A DNA stretch of 62,454 nt, counting the filler, from Hausera hauseri (lineage: Eukaryota), in NCBI GenBank assembly GCA_046269625.1. It is 10 parts of 10 records of this genome, joined end to end, with 100 filler letters (N's around TTAATTAATTAA, not from the genome) between each part and the next. Parts side by side here need not be neighbours in the genome. Positions count along the whole stretch, not along the records: positions 4,348 to 10,312 come from JBJURY010161643.1; positions 10,413 to 17,681 come from JBJURY010026341.1; positions 17,782 to 29,510 come from JBJURY010074437.1; 7 more parts are not named here. The stretch is one strand, 5' to 3'. The translations under genes were made by a program, and so were the position numbers. How positions within the stretch are numbered: the stretch's first letter is position 1; every line of letters starts with the position of its first letter. Of this stretch, positions 10,101 through 20,700 are shown in pieces. Below the pieces are notes generated by a model. It had not been told where the DNA came from, made no database searches, and saw only the letters and a program-made list of their open reading frames with translations.

Positions 10101-11619
10101 GAAATCGGGTGTGCAGTATGCTGCATAAGACACGGGCGCGCCCAAATTCCCTTCGAGGTGACAACCGATCCGCTTAACCGGGGTTGTAACCGCCGGAAAA
10201 GACGCTCTGCGTTTCCAGCTCATTTGATGTATGACGTCGATTTCCTGTAACTTTGATAAATGTCTTTCCATAAATTTGTTCTGAATCGATTCATCCGGCA
10301 TATCTCTAACCGNNNNNNNNNNNNNNNNNNNNNNNNNNNNNNNNNNNNNNNNNNNNTTAATTAATTAANNNNNNNNNNNNNNNNNNNNNNNNNNNNNNNN
10401 NNNNNNNNNNNNGTTGGGCAATCCGACCAACAGTACCCAATTGTATTCATCATATTAGTATGAGAATTATATATGAGATTGATATGTAAAAAATCAAGTG
10501 CAGCTGTGTATGTGAAATTAAGGTATAATTTAACAGAGGCATATCGATAGTAGGTGATAACACGGGGTCTAGCCCAACCTTGGACTTCGGACCTCACTTG
10601 TCAAATCAAACAATACGGATCGAGCTTTTCAGATGGACACCTGGCTGCACGCGGTACGGGACAGCGTAGTGTTCCACTAGAGGAATATATCCGGTAGGGA
10701 CCGTGGTAAAAAATCATGAATTTTTCCCACGGTAGCGCATCACGCAAAACACATGATTAATAAATAATTAAGGAATGATAATGAATAAAAAATAGTAATA
10801 AAAAGATAAAATAATGAATGCAAAAAGTACTTGCATGTTAGATTGCTAATCCGTTCGAAATGATCTTACCGCCTGGTCAGAAGCACATGTCATATGTCGC
10901 GCATGTCATGGACTGAAATCGGTAGAGCTCGATGAGGGAAGAAAAATTTTATGGCGCGGCGAGAGTCAAAAATTTTACTGGACGGCGATAGAAGGAAAAG
11001 CAAAATAGGTAATGTTTTACGAGAAACGAGACACGAGTTATGAATTGCCCAATGTTTGGTGAAAATGTCAAGTCAATGTCAGTGAATTGAATGCGCACAA
11101 TTTCAATTTCGTCTGACCATGGGAACATGGGGAAAAATTGATGGGAAATTTTCAAACTCTACAAATTTCCCATTGTTCAAGTCTGCTGGTTGTGGAAATG
11201 GATTGAGCACGTAGCCCATCAGTAGTTTAGTATTTCATATTATAGCCGCCTCACGATCAGATCAATGGATCCGGGTGAAAATGCAACCGAGCGACCGACC
11301 GACCGAAAAAAACACATTGTTAAAAAGTCAAAATCATCATCATCATTATCTCTGTAAATGAGTTCGTTTTGTAGAAAAATCGTGAATTTTATTTTGTATG
11401 ACGAAGACGACGAACGCACAAATTACCACGAGCTTATAATTGAGTACTACAATTACTCACAAGGAGAATGATTGTGGTGGTAGTGGTGACAGTCTGCCTA
11501 CAAACTAATGAGTACCACCAAATGTGTAGCAGGGATATTGAAATGATATAACAACAGCAACAGCAATATAACAAGTTGTATATTTCAAAATCACAAAAAC
11601 AGTCTGTCTGTCTGTCCAT

Positions 11620-11984
11620 TCAAAATAGCGGAATACGTTCAGAATAATATATGTAATGTAAGCCACAATAGGCAGTAATGTCCACACAATTAGGTAAGTG
11701 GATGTTGATAATGAAGTCGATAATATTATTCACGATGATACGATTGTCTTTGAGTTTGAGAAACTAATGATGACGGGTAATAAATCCCGAGCAGATCGAA
11801 TACCTTGACGACGGTCGGATGTACGTACACCGCAAGCCAATGTTTACCCAGTAATGGTGAACTGTGTGTATTGACAATAAAGCCGCCAGTTTGTCATAAA
11901 CACATCGCGGAATTTCACGCCTAAGAGCCGTTTTCCATAGTTACTGAGTTCAGTTGAGCTAAACGTAAAACGTGATTTAATCAT
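11620..11984 (-). pseudogene. Adenain-like cysteine maturation protease (Polinton PRO)
   Basis: Manual translation FIVNTHSSPLLGKHWLAVYV..VFDLLG..YQHPLT*LCGHYCLLW retains H, D, Q and C catalytic-site motifs; stops and a frameshift; absent from the ORF track in this frame. Confidence 0.85.
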
Positions 11985-12048
11985 AATAGTAATAATGGTA
12001 ATAAATTTAATTATTGTACAAAGAGGAAGAAGAAGAAGAATGTTTTAT

Positions 12049-13263
12049 TTATGCAATGACGGTTCCGTTTTTCGTTATTTTAATATCGGCATCAAATACA
12101 CCGTAAATGTACATCACGGTAGACTGCTCCAACGCTTTAGCAAAGTGAACCTCCAGTCGCAGGTTTCTCTGCTGAGGTAATTTAGTCTGTTCAACGTCAT
12201 AATCTGGAGCCAGGACAAAGGTAAAGAATGCATAGGTGGACTTGAACAAATCCATCCATATGCGATTGTTGATATTTTTTGTTCAACAAACCCATGTTGC
12301 GCACAATACATTGCATATATGTGCAAACGTAATCACTAGACTCAAAGTCCTCTTTGTACGTCTCAACGAAATCCGCATTCCGACCCACATTGATGTGATT
12401 CACATTGCTATTGGTAAACGTTTCCGAATCAGTGGTAAAACTGCCCATTTGTTGAACAGTCGTTTGAAATGTAACGAGTACAAATTTCGGCAATCGCATG
12501 TAGCCAAACAGTGTGTCCTTGTACAACGTAATTGAACCTTTGGGTACGGTGTAAAAGAAGAGTTTTGTGCGTTGTACCGGGTAACAGGCATGTTGCGTTT
12601 CCAAGCCCAATTCATGTCCTATGAGCACAGATGGTTCTACCTTTATACGACGGACATATAATCGTGCCTCAGTAATTTTCAATATAGATTTGAGATTTGC
12701 AACGACGGTTTTCAAATAAAAGGCATTGTCACTGCGTTTGAGCCGAATAATGGCTTTAACACCGGGCAGGAAGTATTTCGGCTGATCGAAAAAGTCAAAG
12801 TACAGGGGTCCATTTATAGTAAATGCTTTTGATTCTGCCACACATGCCTAACGGTTTACTGCAATTTCGTCTATCCAATGGTTTTTGTCAAATGAGTATT
12901 TTTCGTGTCAGTACTGTAATTCGGAGCCGTTTCAATGAGTGCTTTGATAATGTATACAATGGTGTTGCTTTCGATTTTGACACTGTTTAGTGTCAGTGAA
13001 ACCTCCTGGAACAGTGTGAGGAAAAGGTAATTGGCAGTGAGAACCGTTAATGCTTCCTTTTTAAGAATGACTTTTACACAGAGTAGCGTATCGTTCAAAT
13101 TCAGGTATTCATTGTCCGATACCATAATGTTGAATTGAATGTAAATGTTATCGTCCGTTGAGACCAAATCAACGGGGTAGATTTCTTCAAATGCCGCATT
13201 GTCAATAACAACTTGTGGCGTGCCTTTGTCAAATATACACCATTCAGATTTTTCAGATGCCAT
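12049..13263 (-). pseudogene. Polinton double-jelly-roll major capsid protein
   Basis: KSEWCIFDKGTPQVVI..EIYP..IQF..EYLNLNDTLLCVK; NYLFLTLFQEV; GPLYFDFFDQPKYFLPGV..IRLKRS; EARLYVRRIKVEPSVLIGH; YAFFTFVLAPD..LRLEVHFAKAL; split into three ORFs. Confidence 0.9.
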
Positions 13264-13282
13264 TCGTCTGTCTATCTGTCTG

Positions 13283-13642
13283 TCAATCGAAAATCGTACG
13301 ACAACGACGTTTGTTTGTAGTTGATGAGCTCGATGATGCTCTACGGCGTATTCTCAAGAAACTGCCAGCGAATTGTTTTTTAACTGATTCAACGACTCCC
13401 GCTGCAGCGTTATTTATTTCTGACAAGGCGTGTTCCTTTAATGATGGTAAAATCGATTTGTTTTCATATAGTACATCCTGTGCTGTTTTTTCTGCCACGG
13501 TTCCAATACGTTTCAACACCCGAAATGCTAAACGTGCCAATGTACGCAACCACCCAGAGCTATACTGTTTACCAAAGAAATACAGCAGTTCACCGCCCTG
13601 CTGGTGTTTACTATAAATGGAAACTATTTCAGAATCAATCAT
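13283..13642 (-). CDS. Small basic Polinton core/membrane-lytic-type protein preceding the major capsid gene
   Basis: QQGG..YFFGKQYSSGWLRTLARLAF amphipathic N-terminus, Arg-rich C-terminus ending TIFD; position between penton and major capsid. Confidence 0.65.
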   Translation of the reverse strand: MIDSEIVSIYSKHQQGGELLYFFGKQYSSGWLRTLARLAFRVLKRIGTVAEKTAQDVLYENKSILPSLKEHALSEINNAAAGVVESVKKQFAGSFLRIRRRASSSSSTTNKRRCRTIFD

Positions 13643-13745
13643 GTTGTTGGATTTGACGAAAATGAAAAGTTAAACTGCTTCTGGTACCATACCGAAATTC
13701 AATAAGTTATTCTGAGTCACATCGGATATTCACTTCAACATTGTT
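13636..13745 (-). pseudogene. C-terminal remnant of Polinton minor capsid (penton) protein
   Basis: NVEVNIRCDSE*LIEFRYGTRSSLTFHFRQ matches the penton C-terminal pattern IEIxIRDxxGxxIxFxxGxxxxTLHFR. Confidence 0.65.
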
Positions 13746-14499
13746 TATAGATGTTGATGCCATAGGTAGGTATATTGGATTATCGAGCTTGACAGTGACA
13801 TTGTTGCGGTGCCCACAGCGGCCGGTGCCTTTGGCCCATTAGGTCGGGCACGGCCGGGCGTCCGCTGCCGCCGCGTCTCGCCCATAGGCGGGCCCTCGAT
13901 CTTCCGCCTCAAAAAATTCATGCGGAACATTCGTCAGATGAACTGCAGTTACAATAGAACTGTTCATGTCGATGCGTCCATTTTTACGGCATTCATTTAC
14001 TGCAGTTGATCAATTTTAATTGGAATAAAATGGTTCCGGTGAAGCGTTCAAATCTGTCTACTGCTGGCAAGAGACCGTCACGGTTAGACTCTAAATATCC
14101 TCCATCAAATCCAACCGCAGCTGATAAAAAGAACATTTGTAAGTCTAAGAAATCCAAAGATGGGAGTAAAAAATCTGAAAAGATCGAAAATGAAATGTGA
14201 TATAATATCGGACAATATCAAAAAATTAATGCGACTAGAATCGAAAAGTATTGAATCGAATGGACTGAAAATTGAAGTTAAACAAAAGCGACCTATTTTC
14301 AATGATTGTTTTAAATTTTCTAAAGTATATCCGTCATCTCCAAAATCATTGAATTCAAATCAGACAATCTACTCGATTCGCTTTGTCGGTCTAATTTGGT
14401 GTCGCTCAGTGTTGATAAGAAAATCACAATCCATACTAGCGTTGTTCAAACGTTGTCACCACTATGGTCCTGCACATCAGAATCCACGACACCGTCTGT

Positions 14500-14960
14500 A
14501 AAATCACATACATTCGCTGCAAACTTCAATTCGGATCAAGAACAGCGAAATTAACTATGGAAAGCTGGATTTAAGGGAAAGGCAAAGCCAAATTTAATGA
14601 AACAAGAAACTCACAGCATATCATTCGCCATTCAAATTTTATTCAAAATGATTGATGACGTTAGAATATCTCAAAATTCAGATCCGAACATGCAGACTAT
14701 CGGAAACAAATTGATACAAGTCATTACCGATGGTCTTCTGTATTATCGAAGTTTATCTGCAGAAAACCATCGTGAAGCATGGAATCCAATTATTGTCTGT
14801 GTTGTCCAAGTTATGCGGCACAAACATGACAAACGAGCGATTTAATAATGATTCCAAATATTTCTACCCGTTACTCCTCGATTTAATAATGTTAACGTCC
14901 TTACCCGTTCAAGTTAGAGTTTTTATAGAGGGTTTCTGATCCGATTTGGAAAATCGATAG
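14500..14960 (+). pseudogene. ARFGEF1: BIG1/BIG2 (ARFGEF, Sec7 family) C-terminal fragment
   Basis: [49 protein letters not shown] matches the BIG1 C-terminus as recalled. Confidence 0.85.
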
Positions 14961-15395
14961 CCAATTTGCAACACGCAATTTTAATGAACATCTCAGTGCC
15001 TTACTGTACATTCCAAAAGATGTAGCCATTGAAAATCATATCATCGACATTGCGTTACTAATACTATGATTTCACATGCACTTGTGATAGAGCACTTTTG
15101 ACGATTCTGAATAAGTACTATATGCGATTATATATAACCATAGCTTTGTTTTCTTTTCTAATTATTCAGAAATGTATTGTATTTTGAAAAGGTTTTCTAT
15201 GATTCGATTTTGGCAGTAATCCTTAGCCGATGTTCCGTATTTCCAATAAATATTTTGTTTCTGTTCAAGTTCGTATCTGTTTCTGAATTGGAATATTGGT
15301 AATGTTTTTCTATGATGTGCCGTGTTAAATATGTAAAGTGTTTTTTTGTTTAAATATTCAAAATAAATTTTTGTCAACTTTTGAAATTTATTAAC

Positions 15396-16620
15396 ATGAA
15401 GCTTTCGAATTTCTTTGATAATGTGATAACAAATCCTAAAGCCGTGGTCGGATCAAACAAAGATGGTGTAACACTTAATCGACTGAATGGTGACTATGAA
15501 ATGATGACTGGCAGCCAAATTCCAATTTATGAGTTGGGTTATGACTCTTGAAGAATTTATTCGTTCATTGTCAGATGTTTTTGTAATTCGATTGACCGGT
15601 GGACAGTTGCGGGTTTTAACATCCATAGTAATGAAAGTGAAAGTAATTTATCGCTTATTAAATTGATTGGGGAAACTCAACTAAGAAAATGCTTCCCATT
15701 AACAAGATGTAATAACAAGGATTTCAATTTTTTTCAAATAACTTCAGATCAGATGTTTTCAAACCACCACAAGAATATAACAGCCGAATATCAAGCTACA
15801 ACAGTTTGCAACGAATTAACAGCTTCGACAACTCAAAGTATTATGGGTTTTCTTCCACTAGCATCAAAAATCCATCTGATAAACCTTTTAGAGAAAATCG
15901 TGATCCAATTTCAAACGGCTATAATAATAACAACTCTTGTGACAAAGATGGTGATATTCACATAATAGTTCTCAGTGATAATGAAAGTGTTGATGATGTT
16001 ACAGCTACTATTTGTTCAATAGAAATTCAGACAGATAAATTTGAAATCCAACGCTTCCCTCGATTGTATGCATCTCCCAGTAGAATAGAATTTATTGGAA
16101 TGATTGCTGAATTAATGCTTGAATTTATGAATTTAAGATTAGATTCAATAAAACATTTTTCAATCTGTGGCGATCTGCATCATTATTTTACTTTGATGAC
16201 TGGGTACATTATCGATCCAACTGTGTTCAAATTATTTCTTATTGATGCTGTCACATCCGCAACAAACTGAAAGGTTTAAAAGCTTAGTTCAGATTGATGA
16301 CCGAAGTCAAAACATCTGTTGATTAAATTTAGCTCCAACATACTATACCAGAGTTTATGTTCCTGAAATTGAATTCGAAGAATCTGATTGTTTTATGGAC
16401 TTATTAGATATGGTTACCGACCATAATACTGTATGTGGTAAAATCTGTAATATTGATGGAATTAAACACAGAACAATGCGTTTACCGGAATCAATAAAAG
16501 AGCGAATGAAAATACAGCCATTCTGGTCATGAATTCCAGGAACGTTATGTATGGTTCAATTGCCAATGCAAATTATCAAGGCTAAAAATATTAATGTCAA
16601 TCGAACTAGAATCACCGTCG
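15396..16620 (+). pseudogene. TDRD7/TDRD5-like fragment: N-terminal LOTUS (OST-HTH) domain, possible Tudor remnant at ~16380-16600
   Basis: KAVVGSNKDGVTLNRLNGDYEMMTGSQIPIYELGYDS(fs)EEFIRSLSDV versus TDRD7 [48 protein letters not shown]; the Tudor call (IPGTLCMVQ) is weak. Confidence 0.7.
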
Positions 16621-16720
16621 GAAATTGGAAATAGGAAACTTGCCGAGATTATGAAAAACGAAAATCCCGGCACGAGAAAGCTGGGATCCGATTCCCGTCA
16701 ATTGAATTGAAATCTTGTTT

Positions 16721-17080
16721 TTGGACGACATTGGCCAAATGGGATTCGAAGGAATAAAACAATTGAATCTGATTCAGTCAATCGTGTTTGAAACGGCATA
16801 CGGTGCAAACTAAAACATGCTTGTCTGTGCACCGACTAGTCACGGGAAAACCAACATTGCAATGCTCACCATTTTGCATCAGATCAAACAGAACATATAG
16901 CCGGTTAAAAAATCAAATTGAACGAATTCAAAATCATTCGCGTTGCTCCGATGAAATGACACGGATAATCGGTGTTCGACTGAAAAAGTTAGATATTTCA
17001 GTTCGCGAATGCACGGGCGATATGCAGCTGTCCAAACAGGAGATCGCCAGTACGCAGATTATCCTCACGCCGACGATGGA
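16721..17080 (+). pseudogene. ASCC3: ASCC3/Slh1-like Ski2-family helicase fragment (Q motif, motif I, Ia/Ib)
   Basis: [52 protein letters not shown]...VRECTGDMQLSKQEIASTQII. Confidence 0.85.
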
Positions 17081-17383
17081 ATTAATGAAACTAAAGTACT
17101 AAATCAATCAAAATTGCCAAATAGTACATTAAATACGATGCAAGTGGATACTCGTCAATCCAGAGATATCAAACGTCAATAATCATTCCATGACAGTCGA
17201 CGAAGAAATGGTCCACCTATTGCCAGTCATTGAAATAAATTTCAAACATGCAAAATGATCCAATAGGACAATTCTTCAGTCGTTTCATTGCGGTGTCCGG
17301 CAATATTGAATAGTTCAAAACGAAGTCATCCTTACAATAATTATAAACGTTTTAATGCAAAGGCAGAAGACGACAATAAAACT

Positions 17384-17612
17384 ATGGAAAACTGGGTGAC
17401 AGTTTTTGGTTATTCATCAACCGAATCCCAATTGGTTCTATCATACCTTTCACAAATTGGTGTTATTCAAAAGAAATATATATCCAACACTGGCAACTGA
17501 ATGCATCTTCAATTTGAAGATCGAATGCACGCCGTCTTTACTAAATCGCGTAACGGACGGTTTTTGAACGGTAACCTAATAATCGGTGTTAAGCCGTGCA
17601 ACGATCCGAATT
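17384..17612 (+). pseudogene. NUP35: NUP35/Nup53 RRM-like (MPPN) domain fragment
   Basis: WVTVFGY..SNTGN*MHLQF..NGNLIIGVKPC; stop at the conserved Trp. Confidence 0.85.
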
Positions 17613-17781
17613 TTGGCGTTGATCATTGTGACATATCCACTTCAGGTACGCCTTCAAGGGGCAATGGATTAGTGTTACCAANNNNNNNNNNNNNNNNNNN
17701 NNNNNNNNNNNNNNNNNNNNNNNNNTTAATTAATTAANNNNNNNNNNNNNNNNNNNNNNNNNNNNNNNNNNNNNNNNNNNN

Positions 17782-20700
17782 ACATCACCCCCCGTGGCAA
17801 AGTGAAAACTATAAAGGGTAAAAGCGAAAGAGAAAAAAAACGTAAAACGGAAAAGTGTCTATGTCAGTAGGTCTTAGTGTGGACAAGACGTTGGGTGCCT
17901 TCTAATGATTTTTCTCTACTATACTTGCTGAATGTGACTGTGCGTGTTTTGTTTTTATGCTGTGTGTTTGTTTGCAGAGGTTGAGGTTGGGAAAAAAATT
18001 GTCGGATTTTGTTGTTAGTGTTTTGTCGTGCAAAGATGAGTCAGAATAAAGAGAAGGATAAAGTAAAGGAGAAAGAGAGATTGTTGAAGACGAAGGAGTG
18101 ATTAAAGGTGTAGTGGTTGGTAAAGGAAGACAGAGTGAAGTTGGAGTAGAAGTTGGAATTGAATTATGTGGGAGAGTGGAAGTGGAAGGTAAAACAGAAG
18201 TTGTAGTAGAGAGAGGAAAATGAATAGGTAAATAGGTAAAAAGAGGAGAAAGTTGTGAAGCGGAAGTGAAAGGAGTAAAATTTGATGTGTGTAGAGAAAG
18301 GGGGGAAGAAAGATCCGAAGATGAGGGAGGTGTGAAAAAAGAGGGACAGAGAGAGAGAAGACGGTGAAGAGGTACATGGCGAAAGAGAGCGAGGTTATGG
18401 AGAAGGCAAAAGAAAGTAGTTGGAGGGTGATGTTCAAGAGGTTGGAATGGTGAAAGGTGTAGATGGAGAGATTGGTGAAGTCGAAATGGTATTTGATGGA
18501 AAAAGTGCTGTAAAAGGAGAAAACAGGTTGTGAGGAGATGAAGGAGGTGGTGGAAGGCTTGAAGATGCAAAATCAAATGGGGAGAAGGAAGCTGAATTGT
18601 GAGAAGAAATTGAAGTGGAAGTTTTGGGAGAAAATGTAGGCGAAAGTGGGTTAAAGAATTGAGCAGAGATGGAAGGTAGATTGTTAGATTGCTGCGCGTC
18701 GTGTAAAGATGTTGGTAGTAAAGTGGTTTCTATAGGAGACGTGTCGTTAATGAAGAAGGCCGGTTTAGCATTATTGATATAAACGGTTACTTCTTTGTCG
18801 TCTTTGAGAATGATGATGTTGTGGGAGTACAAGCAAATTGCTTTGTAAGGGCCGACATACTAAGGTTGAAAGCCACACAGCGTCTGATTCTTTAGCCAAA
18901 CGAACTTGGCAGTGTATAAATCGTCGGGTATGTAAGGTTTGTTTGCGTGTAACAGTCTGTAAAATGAGTATTTGCTGATCTCAACGAAGTGTCTCTGTGC
19001 TGCTTGTATGGTTTTGTCTGCAGGATTATTGTCCAGCTCAATCAGCTCGCATAATGATCTGATGGAGGTGCCAAATAATGCTTCTGCAGGTGAACAGCCA
19101 GTAGAAGTTGATGGTGTGTTCCACCAGCCAAGCAGAACGTACGGAAGGAGTGTGGTCCAACTGCGATTGAACTCATCAAGAATTTTGAAAGACGTTTTCA
19201 TTGCTCGGTGAAAGCGTTCGAGGAGACCGTTCGATTGGGGATGATATGATGATGTATGAATGTGGTTAATTCCTAATCGATTGACAAGAGCTTTAAACAG
19301 GTTGGATTTGAATTGTGGACCTTAGTCCGAAATGATGTGGCGAGGTTATCCAAACTTGCTGATCCAAGTGCGGAAGAAAACGTCCGCGACTGTTTTTGTG
19401 TTAGTGCTCCGAAGCGGGCCAGCATGTGGCCATCGCGAGGAACGGTCCATCATTGTGAGAATAAACTAATGACCGTTGTATAAGGGTAATGGGCCTACTA
19501 GGTCAATGTGAACAGATTCGAAACGAGACGTGCAGGGAAAATAATATAGTGGTGGCTTTAGGTACTTAGTAACTTTGTATTTTTGGCATGTCACACACTG
19601 CCTAACCCATGCCTGCATGTCAGAGCGCATCGACGGCCATACTCCTTGGCGTTGTAAGAGGCGAAAAGTGGCCTTGGCACCGGGATGATGAAGCGAATGT
19701 ATACTGTGGAACGCTTCCTTTTGAAGCGACTCAAAAAGAATGATTTTGGGATTATTAGGTTTGGAAGTGTCAAAGGCCACATTGTCAGTGGTTTTGCAAG
19801 ATTTAAAAGATTTAAGGATGTCTGGAGGTGGCTGGTTTTCCTGAAGTTTGGACTAAGGAAAAATTGGTGTAAAATCAATGTAGCTGACCGATCGGGACAA
19901 GAAGTCAGCTACTAAATTGTAGACTAAGTTTAGATGTTTAATTTGAAAATTAAATGTTGATAAATACTATATTTGCCTCTCCTCACGTGGAGAAGGCGAT
20001 TTCATTGTGAGAATATGAAGTAAGGGCTTGTGATCCGTTTGTATGGTAAAGGTACGTGCAGTTAGGATATGTATGAATTGTTTTACGGCAAGGACCATTG
20101 CAAACAACTCGCGGTCAAAGGTGGAATATCTTTGCTCTTGTGCTGTGAATTTTCGAGAGAAGAATTCCAATGGTTCATGGGATCCATTTTTGACTTAATT
20201 GAGGACAGCACCTGCAGCTGTTGTGAATGCGTCGATGGTTAAGAAAAGTTCTGCATGGAAGTCTGGATAGTCCAGGATTTTTACAGTTTTCAAGTTACCT
20301 TTGAGACGATCGAAAGCATTGACTACATTGGCGGTTTATTTAATAGGCTGTTTTTTCTTGCCAGAGCTTAGTAATGCAAATGGGGCGGTTAGAGTGGAGC
20401 AATGCGGAACATACTTATGAATAAATTGCAAAGTTCCGAGGAAAGAACGCATCTTTGTGGATGTACGTGGTAGTTGCATGTTTTTGAGCTGAGTGATGCG
20501 ATCCTGCTGAGGTGAGTGTCCAGAGGAGCTAATAACGTGTCCTAGGAAATTGACCTTATGTTAAAAAAGGAGCATTTGGAGAAGTTAATTTGCAAATTGT
20601 TTTGGTGCAAGCGCTGGAAGATTAACCGCAAGTGTTTAGAGTGTTGATTGGGGGAAGATGAGGCAATTTATATGTCATCAATATAGGGATAGGCAAAGTC

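Larger units (their letters stand above)
5284..10170 (-). mobile_element. CsRn1-like Ty3/Gypsy retrotransposon, copy A (Ubl-gag, PR, RT, RNase H, IN; degenerate pol)
   Basis: PR FLIDSG; RT PFGLKDTAQTFQR and YIDDILVAS; RNase H LTTDAS..PLEFFSRKL..YSTFDRELLA; IN HIDIVGPLP, RWPEAIPL, TDQGPQF, LLERFHRTLK; CHCC-type gag finger; polypurine tract GAGGGAGGGGG before TGT at ~5284. Confidence 0.92.
11221..13745 (-). mobile_element. Polinton/Maverick (adintovirus-like) fragment: terminus plus morphogenesis module
   Basis: AGTAGT at 11221 is the typical Polinton end; protease, major capsid, core-like ORF and penton tail are co-oriented. Confidence 0.85.

Noticed and set aside
17480-17520. Alternative genetic code (TGA=Trp) suggested by GN*MH in NUP35 and stops at Trp codons in PolB
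   Set aside because: TAA, TAG and TGA all occur at non-Trp positions together with frameshifts, which fits neutral decay
17902-18832. His/Leu-rich or membrane-like ORFs
   Set aside because: Alternative frames of the pyrimidine-rich S/P/T integrase tail of copy B
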